Part shown: positions 39,301-51,824 of the stretch, piece after piece
How the letters are laid out: every line of letters starts with the position of its first letter
How positions within the stretch are numbered: the stretch's first letter is position 1
Source: Paraspadella gotoi
Taxonomy: Eukaryota > Animalia > Chaetognatha
Direction of reading: 5' to 3'
Assembly (NCBI GenBank): GCA_051294375.1
Contig: CM119265.1
Coordinates: 21,824,278 to 21,888,277, forward strand
DNA length: 64,000 bases
Made by a program: the position numbers and the translations under genes
Notes under the pieces: model-generated
Database searches by the model: none
What the model was told of the DNA's origin: nothing
Seen by the model: the letters and a program-made list of their open reading frames with translations, nothing else

Positions 39301-42300
39301 CATATTTTGGGCCTCAACTTTCATCGTAGACTTTTTCAACTTCCTCTTTCCTTGTCTGGTGACGTTGATTCTATTCTACGCTTTCAATATAGAAGCCTAT
39401 CTCGAAACAAGAGCATTGCTCGTTTTGCTAATCATGATATTCTACATTTGTGCCCAACTTCCATTTGCTTATTTACTCTCCTTGGTTTACGAAGAAGCCA
39501 CGACGGGCTTCGTCTATTCTGCCATCATCGGCATCTTCACTGGCATCGCGTTGCAGATCACGGTCGGCACTCTTAACGCTTTGGAGATGGCTTCAGAAGG
39601 CAAAATAGTCGAAGAGATAGCCATGCTTCTCAGCCCACCTTACAACATCGGTCACGGAATGCAGAATGTTTACCTTAACTACTGGAACGAAAGAATCTGC
39701 GATTTAAATGTCAGTTCTACCAGAGATTTGGTCAAATCGTTGATACCCACCGGTATCTTGGAGAACACTCCTTTCGCACTCTTTGGCCCCTCGAACGAGG
39801 ACCAACTGTTGGACTATGTCTTCAACAACTACGGCGACTACAAAATTCCCGGCTACAACGAAACCCTGGAAAGTCTTTTCGAAAAACCGCCGACAGAGGC
39901 GCTCTGTTTCTTGGCCAAGTTCGCCAACATTTCATATCCCTGTTGTCCAGATAGCGGGTGCGAAAAATCGGTCGTCGGTTGCGCTCTACACGTGTCCGAC
40001 TTTGCTATGGAGGCTCCGGGTATAGGAAAGAACCTAATCTATTTTGCGGTACAAAGCGTCTTATTCTTTGGTTTTCTCGTCCTGTACGAGTACAAAGTAT
40101 TGAGAAGAATCGCCGACGCCGCCCGACGCATCTTTGCCAAAACTTGTCGCGGGTCGAGGCTTTGTCGCAACGAGGTCGACAACGAAGACACTATGGAGTT
40201 GGCCGAAGCCATGGAAGTTCCCGAAGGCGCAACTCCGCCTCCGGTGGTGTCGGAAATCGACGACGACGTCGTTGCTGAGCGACGAAGGATCGAAACTCTG
40301 ATCAAAGGATCAAACAAAGTGCAAAGATCGATACCGACGCTGATGATTCAAGATCTGGAAAAAAGATACGCGACGTGGAGCGACACCGTCTTCGCCGTCG
40401 ACGGAGTCTCCCTGTGCGTGGAGAAGGGACAACTCTTCGGTCTCCTGGGCGTCAACGGTGCCGGGAAGACGACTTGCTTCAAGATGCTGACTGGAGACGA
40501 AGCGCCGACTGATGGGAGAATAGTCGTCGACGGAAAGTTAGACATCGTCAAGGATCTTCGCTCTGTGCAGCGTCGCATGGGCTACTGTCCCCAATCCGAC
40601 GCCCTCATCGATCAAATGACGGGAAGAGAAACGCTGAGGATGTTCGCGCGGCTTCGCGGAGTTCGAGGAGAAGATCGGAGAGAAGCCGCGATCGAGACTT
40701 TAGCCAACGACTTGGGATTGCGGGAGCACCTCGACAAGCTTGTGGGTCAGTACAGCGGAGGCAACAAGCGCAAGCTCGGTGTGGCCATCGCGCTTGTCGG
40801 AGATCCTTCGATCGTGTTGCTAGACGAACCTACGACCGGGATGGACCCTTCGGCTAGGCGCCGTCTCTGGGACGCTCTCATCCGGGTAAGAAACAACGGA
40901 GAACGCAGCATCGTCCTAACCTCTCATTCGATGGAAGAGTGTGAAGCTCTCTGCTCCCGACTCGCCGTCATGGTGGAAGGCAGGGTGAGGAAGCTTGGCT
41001 CGCCGCAGGAGCTCAAAGATAAGTTGGCGGTGAGTTATTATCTGCGAGCGGTGATGGGGACAGAGGGCGGGGTAGAAGAGGCGAGGCGGAAGGCGGAGCT
41101 ATTGGCTTCGAAGGCGGGAGGGCGTCTGTTGACGACCGAGGTCAGCGGGAGTGTTCTCATAGAGATTCCCAAGGGAGAGGAGAGGTGGGCGAGCGTGTTC
41201 GCGCGGGTGGAGGCGGCGGCGGTGGAAGTGGGTGTGCAAGACTATGATCTCTCTCAGACGACGTTGGAACAAGTGTTTTTGAAAGTTTGCGAATCGCAAG
41301 AATAGAGAATATTAATTTATATAGCATTTTGATATTCGACTTAATTTTAAACGAATCTCTGTTTGGACCACTTTGGTGTTTTGGAATGACCGCGCATACT
41401 AATGAGAGGGGACTTCGTGCTTTTTATTAATGACTAAACTGGTTGGAGTAACTTCGGGCTAGTTTATATTTAGCGATCTCAACGTGTAGTATTTAACGTG
41501 GTAACTTCCTTTCTAACTCTCTAACTTCAGTACTTGTTATTTTTGAAGAATATTTATATGTATGACACAGAAGGATTATTGTTTTTCTCAACGTTCGAGA
41601 TTCGAACGAGATGATGGATTTACGTTTGAAGTTTGTTAATGTTTTTTTTGAACAGATGTTGTTCTGTTACGAAGCATATATATGCAGTTTCGGATTGTTG
41701 CTAACAATTAATAGGTGCTATTTTAATCAACTGTTGAATGTTATTTGGTGACACAGTGTAAATTTTTTTGTGTTGATAATTTTGTATTTGGTACGCAATA
41801 AAAAACAGATCTCTATTACTTACCAATGAGTTCTTTTATTCCGTGGGCGGAGAAAAGTTGAGAATCGGATCTAAAAGAAATTAGATAAGATTTTAATTTC
41901 TAAAATTTTTTAATTTTTAGATAAATTAAGAGTTTAGACATTAGTTTAGGAGTAGATTGTACCTTTGAATACAAACTCCCGCCGCTTTGCAGGGACTCGA
42001 AGCACACTCGTCGACATCGATGTCACACGTTTGACCTAAGAATCCTTCGGAACAGCTGCACTGGAATCCCTTGATAATAAAATATAGATCGCTAATATCT
42101 ATTGAATAATGATTAACTTATATATATAGACGTCGGAAGATACTAACTATAAAATGACAAAAAGAACAAAAGTTGAAAAAAGACTGTCCTTTTGTTTTTC
42201 TAAAAAGCAGTTTAAATCATCGAATAAACGAAATTCAATCCAATTTACAGGACTCGGCTCCAGACTAATAATAACCTTGAGACGATCGTGGCAAGTGGCG

Positions 42301-44533
42301 TTGTGAAGGCAAGGATCGGACGAGCATTCGTCTATTTCTTTCTCACAGTTGACTCCTTCGAAGCCAGAGTCCCGCAATCACAATCGTAACTAAATGGAAA
42401 AATATTCACAGTTTATTGCGGAGCAGCGCTCAAAACATTCTATATATTATACATATGTATTAAAAATACGTGAAAGTGAAAAATAATGCCAGAAAAATTT
42501 TTTTTATATGCATTGTTCGTTTAATATTTGCTTTGTGCGAAAGTAAAAAAAAACCACAAACTGAATGGAGAAAGAAAGTTTCTCACCCGGACCAAACGCT
42601 GTTAACGAATTGAACGGAATAAGTAGATATTGTTGAAATCTGTTAGTTTAACACGAGATAAAATTTAAATCATCACCTGTTCACGCGATCGCGACAGGAG
42701 CCGCCGTTGAGACAGGGATCAGAGTAACATTCGTCGATATCCACGGTGCAGGTTTCGCCCGTGTAACCAGGCGGACAATCGCAGCGGAAAGCGTTTACCT
42801 GCGATGGTAAAGATGATCAATTTTATTATTTTGAATTATGAAAAGTAGTCAAATATCTGTTTAATAGGCGAGGCGTAAGACTACCATGTCGTGACATTGG
42901 ATCCAGAGGCGCAGGGATTCGATGAGCATTCGTTGATATTTTTCCTCGCAGTTTTCGCCTAAAAAATTTGATTAGTAATTAGAAACAAACAAACAAACAA
43001 AATTTAGAAGCGGTACAAAAAATAGGCGTACAGACAGTAGGGGCTCACCTACCGGCGAATCCTGGCGAGCAGATGCAGGAGTAGTTGGCAAGGGCTCCAT
43101 CCTCTAGACAGGTGGCTCCGTTCTTGCAAACTCCCAACGAGCAGATTTTAACGTGAAATTGACAGTTGGCACCTGAAAGTCACGCGGATTAATCGCGGAT
43201 CACAGTAGTAGGAAAGGCATCAACTTTAACTCACCCACAAACGCATTATCACAAAGGCACTTGTAGCTGCCCACTGTGTTGTAACAAACTCCTCCGTTGA
43301 GACAAGTCGTGCCTATCAATTCTTTCGAGCATTCGTTGACGTCCTCTTCGCATCTGACAATTTAAAACAAAGCTTGTTTAGATAAAACCTATGATAATTA
43401 CTAAAGTAAATGTGTTTTATGAATATTATTAGTTGTATAGGGAATCCAGACCTTTCCCCCTGAAAGCCTCCCGGACAGACGCAGCGGAACCTCCCAAGCA
43501 GGTCTTCGCATCTCGCGCCGTTAACGCAAGGATTCAACGCGCATTCGTTCGTGTTGACATCGCAAGATCCTGAGGTCCCGAGTTCAAATCCTACGGGGCG
43601 GGGAAAAGAANNNNNNNNNNNNNNNNNNNNNNNNNTACATTACATCAACAACAGGAATCTTTAAGTTAAATACAGGAAACGTCAACAGCAAACATTAAAA
43701 ATATTTTATTATCTTTTAACGCTTAAATCTAATTAACCGTACGACCCTTGCTCCCCCGTCACAGCCTACAGTCCGTCGAATCACTGGACGGAGAATGTAA
43801 GCGCAATCCGAACCTCTATCAACTCCGCACCTGGAAACGCTTCGCCAACGAGGCGGCCATGGTCAAGTTCGTCGTCGACAAGCGCGCCTTCGTCGTCGAC
43901 AACGCCGACGTCGTCTCCGCCATTCCGGGCTCGAATCGCTCGCGGGATTCAACGCGGATTCCAGCGCCATCTTGTGCGGCGTTGCATTCGATGGGTCTGA
44001 CTTTAACGCCGCCTCGGGTGAGTAAGGGCGGTGGCGTTTAGTTGGGTGTGGAAAGAGGATTTTTTTTGTTGTCATATCGTTTTGACTTTTTTTTTTTTTT
44101 TTACAATTTAACTTCATTTTTGTTTTCGTTCTTTTTTTAGTTAACTGCTTTATTTTTAAAATTTGGTATATTTAAAAATCAATTATCAAAAATATCATTG
44201 GTTACGAAAACTTTTCCCCTAAATCCGAAGTAAACTAATTTAAAATTTAAAAAATATATATAGTAAACAAGAGAAAATATAAAACCAAAACAATTTTCCT
44301 ACAACTGAAACTCCCTTTCCTCTCTTTCCTCCATTCCAACACTCACTCCCCACTCCCCAGTCCCGACATCCGGTCTCCATCCGGTTCCCCCATTCTCCGA
44401 CGGCGCCTCCCGTCGGTCCGTCTTCCAACGGCGATGTCTTCGACGGAGCGCGTCTTCCGCGACGCGAGATCAACGGCCGAGGGACTTAGTGGTTACGGTA
44501 GCGACAATCCAGGGTACAGATCGCAGGTAAGGT

Positions 44534-44582
<49 letters not shown>

Positions 44583-47500
44583 AAGAGACGAGAAGAGAGA
44601 CGCGGAAACTGTCTTTCAATGGTCGATTTCAAAAAGACTCAAAGATTGCCTTCTCTCCTCTCTGCTCCACAGGGATTCCTCGCCGTCCAGTGGGCATCAC
44701 GAAAGAGTTGACAAAAATCTTCGGCGACGCAGACGCACATCCCTCGCCGACCGCCCTCGTCTTCGGCCTCAAGCAGTTCCGCCTACGGCCCTACTGGAAC
44801 GACCCCTTCGCCCGGGAAGCCGCGTCAGCTCCCCTTTCTCTTCTTCATCGCCTTTCTCATCGTCTCTCTGCATCTCATCAAATCGGTCGCAAAGAGAAGG
44901 AGACCCTGCTGAAGGAAACCCTCAAGGTCAGGGGACTCCAGCAACTGGTTGTACTGGACCTCTTGGGTGATGACCCATTTCGTCTTACGTCGCCGTCGTC
45001 GCGGCTTCATGACCCTCTGGCTGAAAGTCAGCGTTCCCGTTGGCGGCTCCGTCAGTCAAATATACCGAAGGATCCGTCGTCTTTGTCTTTCTCTGGATTT
45101 ACTCAATTTCCCTCATCTCCTTCTGCTACTTGATGTCGGTGGTTTTTGTCAGAGCCAACACTGCGCCGTTGGCGGCGGCGTCATTTTCTTCCTACCTTCG
45201 CGCCTTTCTTTATCGTCCTCGAGAACTACGACGAGTTCACGCTGGTACAAAAACTCGGCTGGGATTTTTTCTCAACTCTTGCTTGGCCATGGGCAGCTTG
45301 GTCTGAATTTCGAGGGAAAGGCGTCATTTGAGGTGGGCAAATTGATGACGCCGGCCGACGTGGACGACAATCTGCGTTGGGTTCTCTTTTGATCATGATG
45401 CTGGCGACGGGGCTCGTCTGCTGGATTCTCGCCTGGTACATCGAGAAGGTGAGGCCTGGCGATTTCGGCGTAGTTCTCCTCTTTACTTTCCCTTTACCAA
45501 ATCTTACTGGTGCGGCGGGGGAAAAGAGAGCGACCCGACGACGGCGACATCTCTGGTGATTATTACGAAAAACCCGAGGGTAGAACGTGCGAACGGGGAT
45601 CAGGATACGAAAAATTGGAAAAAGTTTTTAAAAACTCTCGCAAGGACCGATTCGCCGCGGTCAAAGGAATCTCGCTCGATCTCTATCCCGACGAAATCTT
45701 CGTACTTCTCGGTGAGAACGGCGCGGGTAAGTCAACCACAATCGGTACTCTCATGGGCCTCACCGATCCCACCAGCGGGTCGCTGGGTCGACGGTTGCAA
45801 CGTGAGAACGAATCTGCAAGGAGTCAGGAAGAACATGGGCGTTTGTCCGCAACACAATGTCCTCTTTGACTCGCTGACTGTGAAGGAGCATTTGTTCTTC
45901 TACGGTAGACTTCGCATGATCGGACCATCAGCAACTGAGGAAGAGTCAACGGTTTCGAGCGAATTGAAGCTCGAGCACAGACCGATTCTCTCGCCTCCAG
46001 ACTCTCTGGCGGACAAAAGAGAAACTCTCTCTCGCCATCGCCATGATGGGGAATCCTTCTGTGCTGTTGTTGGACGAACCCACGAGCGGGATGGACCCCA
46101 AAAACAGGAGGATCACGTGGGAGTTGTTGAAGAAGCAGAAACGGAACACGACCATCCTTTTGACGACCCACTTCATGGACGAGGCCGAGGTTTTGGGCAA
46201 CGTCATCGGCATTATGAATCACGGCTTCGTCGTTTGCTGCGGTTCGTCCATGTATCTCAAGAATAAAATCGGTAACGATTAATCATTTGATTCTGACGAA
46301 AGAATCGACGGCACAAATGACGAAGCGATTACGGAAGCGATTCGTTGTCAGTCCCGGAAGCGGATTTGGAAAGATCAACGCTGGCGGAATCGTCGTACAA
46401 TCTGCCGAAAGCTCGGAGGGACGTGTTTTCGACGCTGTTTCGCGAGTTGGACGAGAAGAGAGAAAGGTTGGGAGTCAAGAGTTAGCTTGCTCGGCGCCAA
46501 ATATCGAGGAGATCTTCTTGAAGGTCTGTCGCGAGTACGAACGGCGGGAAAACGAGGCCGTACAAGTTATAACAATACGAGTTTCGACAATTCGGAAATA
46601 AGGATCGAGGTGTCAGTCGACCGAATTCCAGAGAAAACGAGACGATCCCCAAAAATGCGGTATCGATCTCTTTTTGCAACAATTGCAGGCAATGCTCGTC
46701 AAAAAATTGTTGCACATGTGGCGAAATCTCGTGGTTAGCTTGAGTCAAATCTTGATTCCCAATATCATCACGCTCTTGATTATTGTTGTTCATCAAAATC
46801 TCGCCTCCTTTTCAAGATTCTCCCAAACTCGAGCTCAACGTTTCCAGTCTGGATGAGAGCGTCACGCCAATCTTTTTCCACGGCCATTCAGAGAGAATTC
46901 GAGAAAATCTCAAAGGTCAATTGCCGGACGTGAGTACGCATAAATACGTTTCCGATGTTTCACCGGAAAACAAATGGACGTCGCCGTTGGACGAATTTGT
47001 GATCGCAACAGCTGACAAACTTTCGAGAGATAAACTTCTCATCGGCGCCGAATTAATTTCGGTCAAAGAAGGATGCGAACACATTTTCTCGATATCAATA
47101 AAAGTAAAACCGTGACATTTCACCACATTTTCCGATAATATTTGCGAAATGATTTCTAAAGAACTTCAAAGTGCCAACGGAACCGTTACCGGTGATACAG
47201 AGTACTTTATTGGCTACTTCAATGATCAAGCATATCACTCCTCCGCCATTGTCACTCATCACTTTCCAGCGCGTTGGCAAGCAAATCTGGAATGAGCTTG
47301 ACGAGCTTCAATCATCCTCTCCCGAGGTCTTTCTCGGAAGTTCTCGACGATACGATAACCATCAACGCTCGTTTTGCCAGCAGCTTCACCTTTAGTTTTC
47401 TCTTCGCTATGTCACTGCTCGCCGCCACGTTTACGATATTTTTAATTAAGGAGAGAGTCTCTAAATCCAAACATATTCAGATTTTATCGGGAGTTCGCTG

Positions 47501-50500
47501 CAGCATATTTTGGGCCTCAACTTTCATCGTAGACTTTTTCAACTTCCTCTTTCCTTGTTGGTGACGTTGATTCTATTCTACGCTTTCAATATAGAAGCCT
47601 ATCTCGAAACAAGAGCATTGCTCGTTTTGCTATCATGATATTCTACATTTGGCCACTTCCATTTGCTTATTTACTCTCCTTGGTTTACGAAGAAGCCACG
47701 ACGGGCTTCGTCTATTCTGCCATCATCGGCATCTTCACTGGCATCGCGTTGCAGATCACGGTCGGCACTCTTAACGCTTTGGAGATGGCTCAGAAGGCAA
47801 AATAGTCGAAGAGATAGCCATGCTTCTCAGCCCACCTTACAACATCGGTCACGGAATGCAGAATGTTTACCTTAACTACTGGAACGAAAGAATCTGCGAT
47901 TTAAATGTCAGTTCTACCAGAGATTTGGTAAAATCGTTGATACCCACCGGTATCTTGGAAAACACTCCTTTCGCACTCTTTGGCCCCTCGAACGAGGACC
48001 AACTGTTGGACTATGTCTTCAACAACTACGGCGACTACAAAATTCCCGGCTACAAGAAACCCTGGAAAGTCTTTTCGAAAAACCGCCGACAGAGGCGCTC
48101 TGTTTCTTGGCCAAGTTCGCCAACATTCATATCCCTGTTGTCCAGATAGCGGGTGCGAAAAATCGGTCGTCGGTTGCGCTCTACACGTGTCCGACTTTGC
48201 TATGGAGGCTCCGGGTATAGGAAAGAACCTAAATCTATTTTGCGGTACAAAAGCGTCTTATTCTTTGGTTTTCTCGTCCTGTACGAGTACAAAGTATTGA
48301 GAAGAATCGCCGACGCCGCCCGACGCATCTTTGCCAAAACTTGTCGCGGGTCGAGGCTTTGTCGCAACGAGGTCGACAACGAAGACACTATGAGTTGGCC
48401 GAAGCCATGGAAGTTCCCGAGGCGCAACTCGCCCTCGGTGGTGTCGGAAATCGACGACGACGTCGTTGCTGAGCGACGAAGGATCGAAACTCTGATCAAA
48501 GGATCAACAAGTGCAAAGATCGATACCGACGCTGATGATTCAAGATCTGGAAAAAAGATACGCGACGTGGAGCGACACCGTCTCGCCGTCGACGGAGTCT
48601 CCCTGTGCGTGGAGAAGGGACAACTCTTCGGTCTCCTGGGCGTCAACGGTGCCGGAAGACGACTTGCTTCAAGATGCTGACTGGAGACGAAGCGCCGACT
48701 GATGGGAGAATAGTCGTCGACGGAAAGTTAGACATCGTCAAGGATCTTCGCTCTGTGCAGCGTCGCATGGCTACTGTCCCCAATCCGACGCCTCATCGAT
48801 CAAATGACGGGAAGAGAAACGCTGAGGATGTTCGCGCGGCTTCGCGGAGTTCGAGGAGAAGATCGGAGAGAAGCCGCGATCGAGACTTAGCCAACGACTT
48901 GGGATTGCGGGAGCACCTCGACAAAGCTTGTGGGTCAGTACAGCGGAGGCAACAAGCGCAAGCTCGGTGTGGCAATCGCCTTGTCGGAGATCCTTCGATC
49001 GTGTTGCTAGACGAACCTACGACCGGGATGGACCCTTCGGCAGGCGCCGTCTCTGGGACGCTCTCATCCGGGTAAGAAACAACGGAGAACGCAGCATCGT
49101 CCTAACCTCTCATTCGATGGAAGAGTGTGAAGCTCTCTGCTCCCGACTCGCCGTCATGGTGGAAGGCAGGGTGAGGAAGCTTGGCTCGCCGCAGGAGCTC
49201 AAAGATAAGTTGGCGGTGAGTTATTATCTGCGAGCGGTGATGGGGACAGAGGGCGGGTAGAAGAGGCGAGGCGGAAGGCGGAGCTATTGGCTTGAAGGCG
49301 GGAGGGCGTCTGTTGACGACCGAGGTCAGCGGGAGTGTTCTCATAGAGATCCCCAAGGGAGAGGAGAGGTGGGCGAGCGTGTTCGCGCGGGTGGAGGCGG
49401 CGGCGGTGGAAGTGGGTGCAAGACTATGATCTCTCTCAGACGACGTTGGAACAAGTGTTTTTGAAAGTTTGCGAATCGCAAGAATAGAGAATATTAATTT
49501 ATATAGCTTTTGATATTCGACTTAATTTTAAACGAATCTCTGTTTGGACCACTTTGGTGTTTTGGAATGACCGCGCATACTAATGAGAGGGGACTTCGTG
49601 CTTTTTATTAATGACTATAAACTGGTTGGAGTAACATCGGGCTAGTTTATATTTAGCGATCTCAACGTGTCGTATTGAACGTGTAACTTCCTTTCTAACT
49701 CTCTAACTTCAGTACTTGTTATTTTTGAATTACGAGATGATGGAGATTTACGTTTGAAGTTTGTTAATGTTTTTTTTGAACAGATGTTGTTCTGTTACGA
49801 AGCATATATATGCAGTTTCGGATTGTTGCTAACAATTAATAGGTGCTTTTTAATCAACTGTTGAATGTTATTTGGTGACACAGTGTAAATTTTTTTGTGT
49901 TGATAATTTTGTATTTGGTACGCAATAAAAAACAGATCTCTATTACTTACCAATGAGTTCTTTTATTCCGTGGGCGGAGAAAAGTGAGAATCGGATCTAA
50001 AAGAAATTAGATAAGATTTTAATTTCTAAAATTTTTTAATTTTTAGATAAATTAATAGTTTATACATTAGTTTAGGAGTAGATTGTACCTTTGAATACAA
50101 ACTCCCGCCGCTTTGCAGGGACTCGAAGCACACTCGTCGACATCGATGTCACACGTTTGACTAAGAATCCTTCGGAACAGCTGCACTGGATCCCTTGATA
50201 ATAAAATATAGATCGCTAATATCTATTGAATAATGATTAACTTATACATAGGGTCGGAAGATACTAACTATAAAATGACAAAAAGAACAAAAATTGAAAA
50301 AAGAATGTCCTTTTGTTTTTCTAAAAAGCAGTTTTTAAAATATAAATCATCGAATAAACGAAATTCAATCCAATTTACAGGATCGGCTCCAGACTAATAA
50401 TAACCTTAGACGATCGTGGCAAGTGGCGTTGTGAAGGCAAGGATCGGACGAGCATTCGTCTATTTCTTTCTCACAGTTGACTCCTTCGAAGCCAGAGTCG

Positions 50501-51740
50501 CCGCAATCACAATCGTAACTAAATGGAAATATTCACAGTTTATTGCGGAGGCAGCGCTCAAACATTTTATATATTATACATATGTATTAAAAATACGTGA
50601 AAGTGAAAAATAATGCCAGAAAAATTTTTTTATATGCATTGTTCGTTTAATATTTGCTTTGTGCGAAAGTAAAAAAAACCACAAACTGAATGGAGAAAGA
50701 AAGTTTCTCACCCGGACCAAACGCTGTTAACGAATGAACGGAATAAGTAGAATTGTTGAAATCTGTTTAGTTTTAACACGAGATAAAATTTAAATCATCA
50801 CCTGTTCACGCGATCGCGACAGGAGCCGCCGTTGAGACAGGGATCAGAGTAACATTTCGTCGATATCCACGGTGCAGGTTTCGCCCGTGTAACCAGGCGG
50901 ACAATCGCAGCGGAAAGCGTTTACCTGCGATGGTAAAGATGATCAATTTTATTATTTTGAATTATGAAAAGTAGTCAAATATCTGTTTAATAGGCGAGGC
51001 GTAAGACTACCATGTCCTGACATGTGGATCCAGAGGCGCAGGGATTCGATGAGCATTCGTTGATATTTTTCCTCGCAGTTTTCGCCTAAAAAATTTGATT
51101 AGAATTAGAAACAAACAAACAAACAAAAATTTAGAAGCGGTACAAAAAATAGGCGTACAGACAGTAGGGGCTCACTTACCGGCGAATCCTGGCGAGCAGA
51201 TGCAGGAGTAGTTGGCAAGGGCCCATCCTCTAGACAGGTGGCTCCGTTCTTGCAAACTCCCAACGAGCAGATTTTAACGTGAAATTGACAGTTGGCACCT
51301 GAAAGTCACGCGGATTAATCGCGGATCACAGTAGTAGGAAAGGCATAACTTTAACTCACCCACAAACGCATTATCACAAAGGCACTTGTAGCTGCCCACT
51401 GTGTTGTAACAAACTCCTCCGTTGAGACAAGTCGTGCCTTATCAATTCTTTCGAGCATTCGTGACGTCCTCTTCGCATCTGACAATTTAAAACAAAGCTT
51501 GTTTAAATAAAACTTATGATAATTACTAAAGTAAATGTGTTTATGAATATATTAGTTGTATAGGGAATCCAGACCTTCCCCTGAAAGCCTCCCGGACAGA
51601 CGCAGCGGAACCTCCAAGCAGGTCTTCGCATCTCGCGCCGTTAACGCAAGGATTCAACGCGCATTCGTTCGTGTGACATCACACGATCCTGAGGTCCCGA
51701 GTTCAGAATCCAGGAAGACGAAAATCAAGGGAGTTGGAAT

Positions 51741-51824
<84 letters not shown>

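Noticed and set aside
43748-49486. Second ABCA gene or programmed frameshifting
   Set aside because: Indel pattern, adjacency to a gap and complementary errors point to unpolished duplicate sequence.
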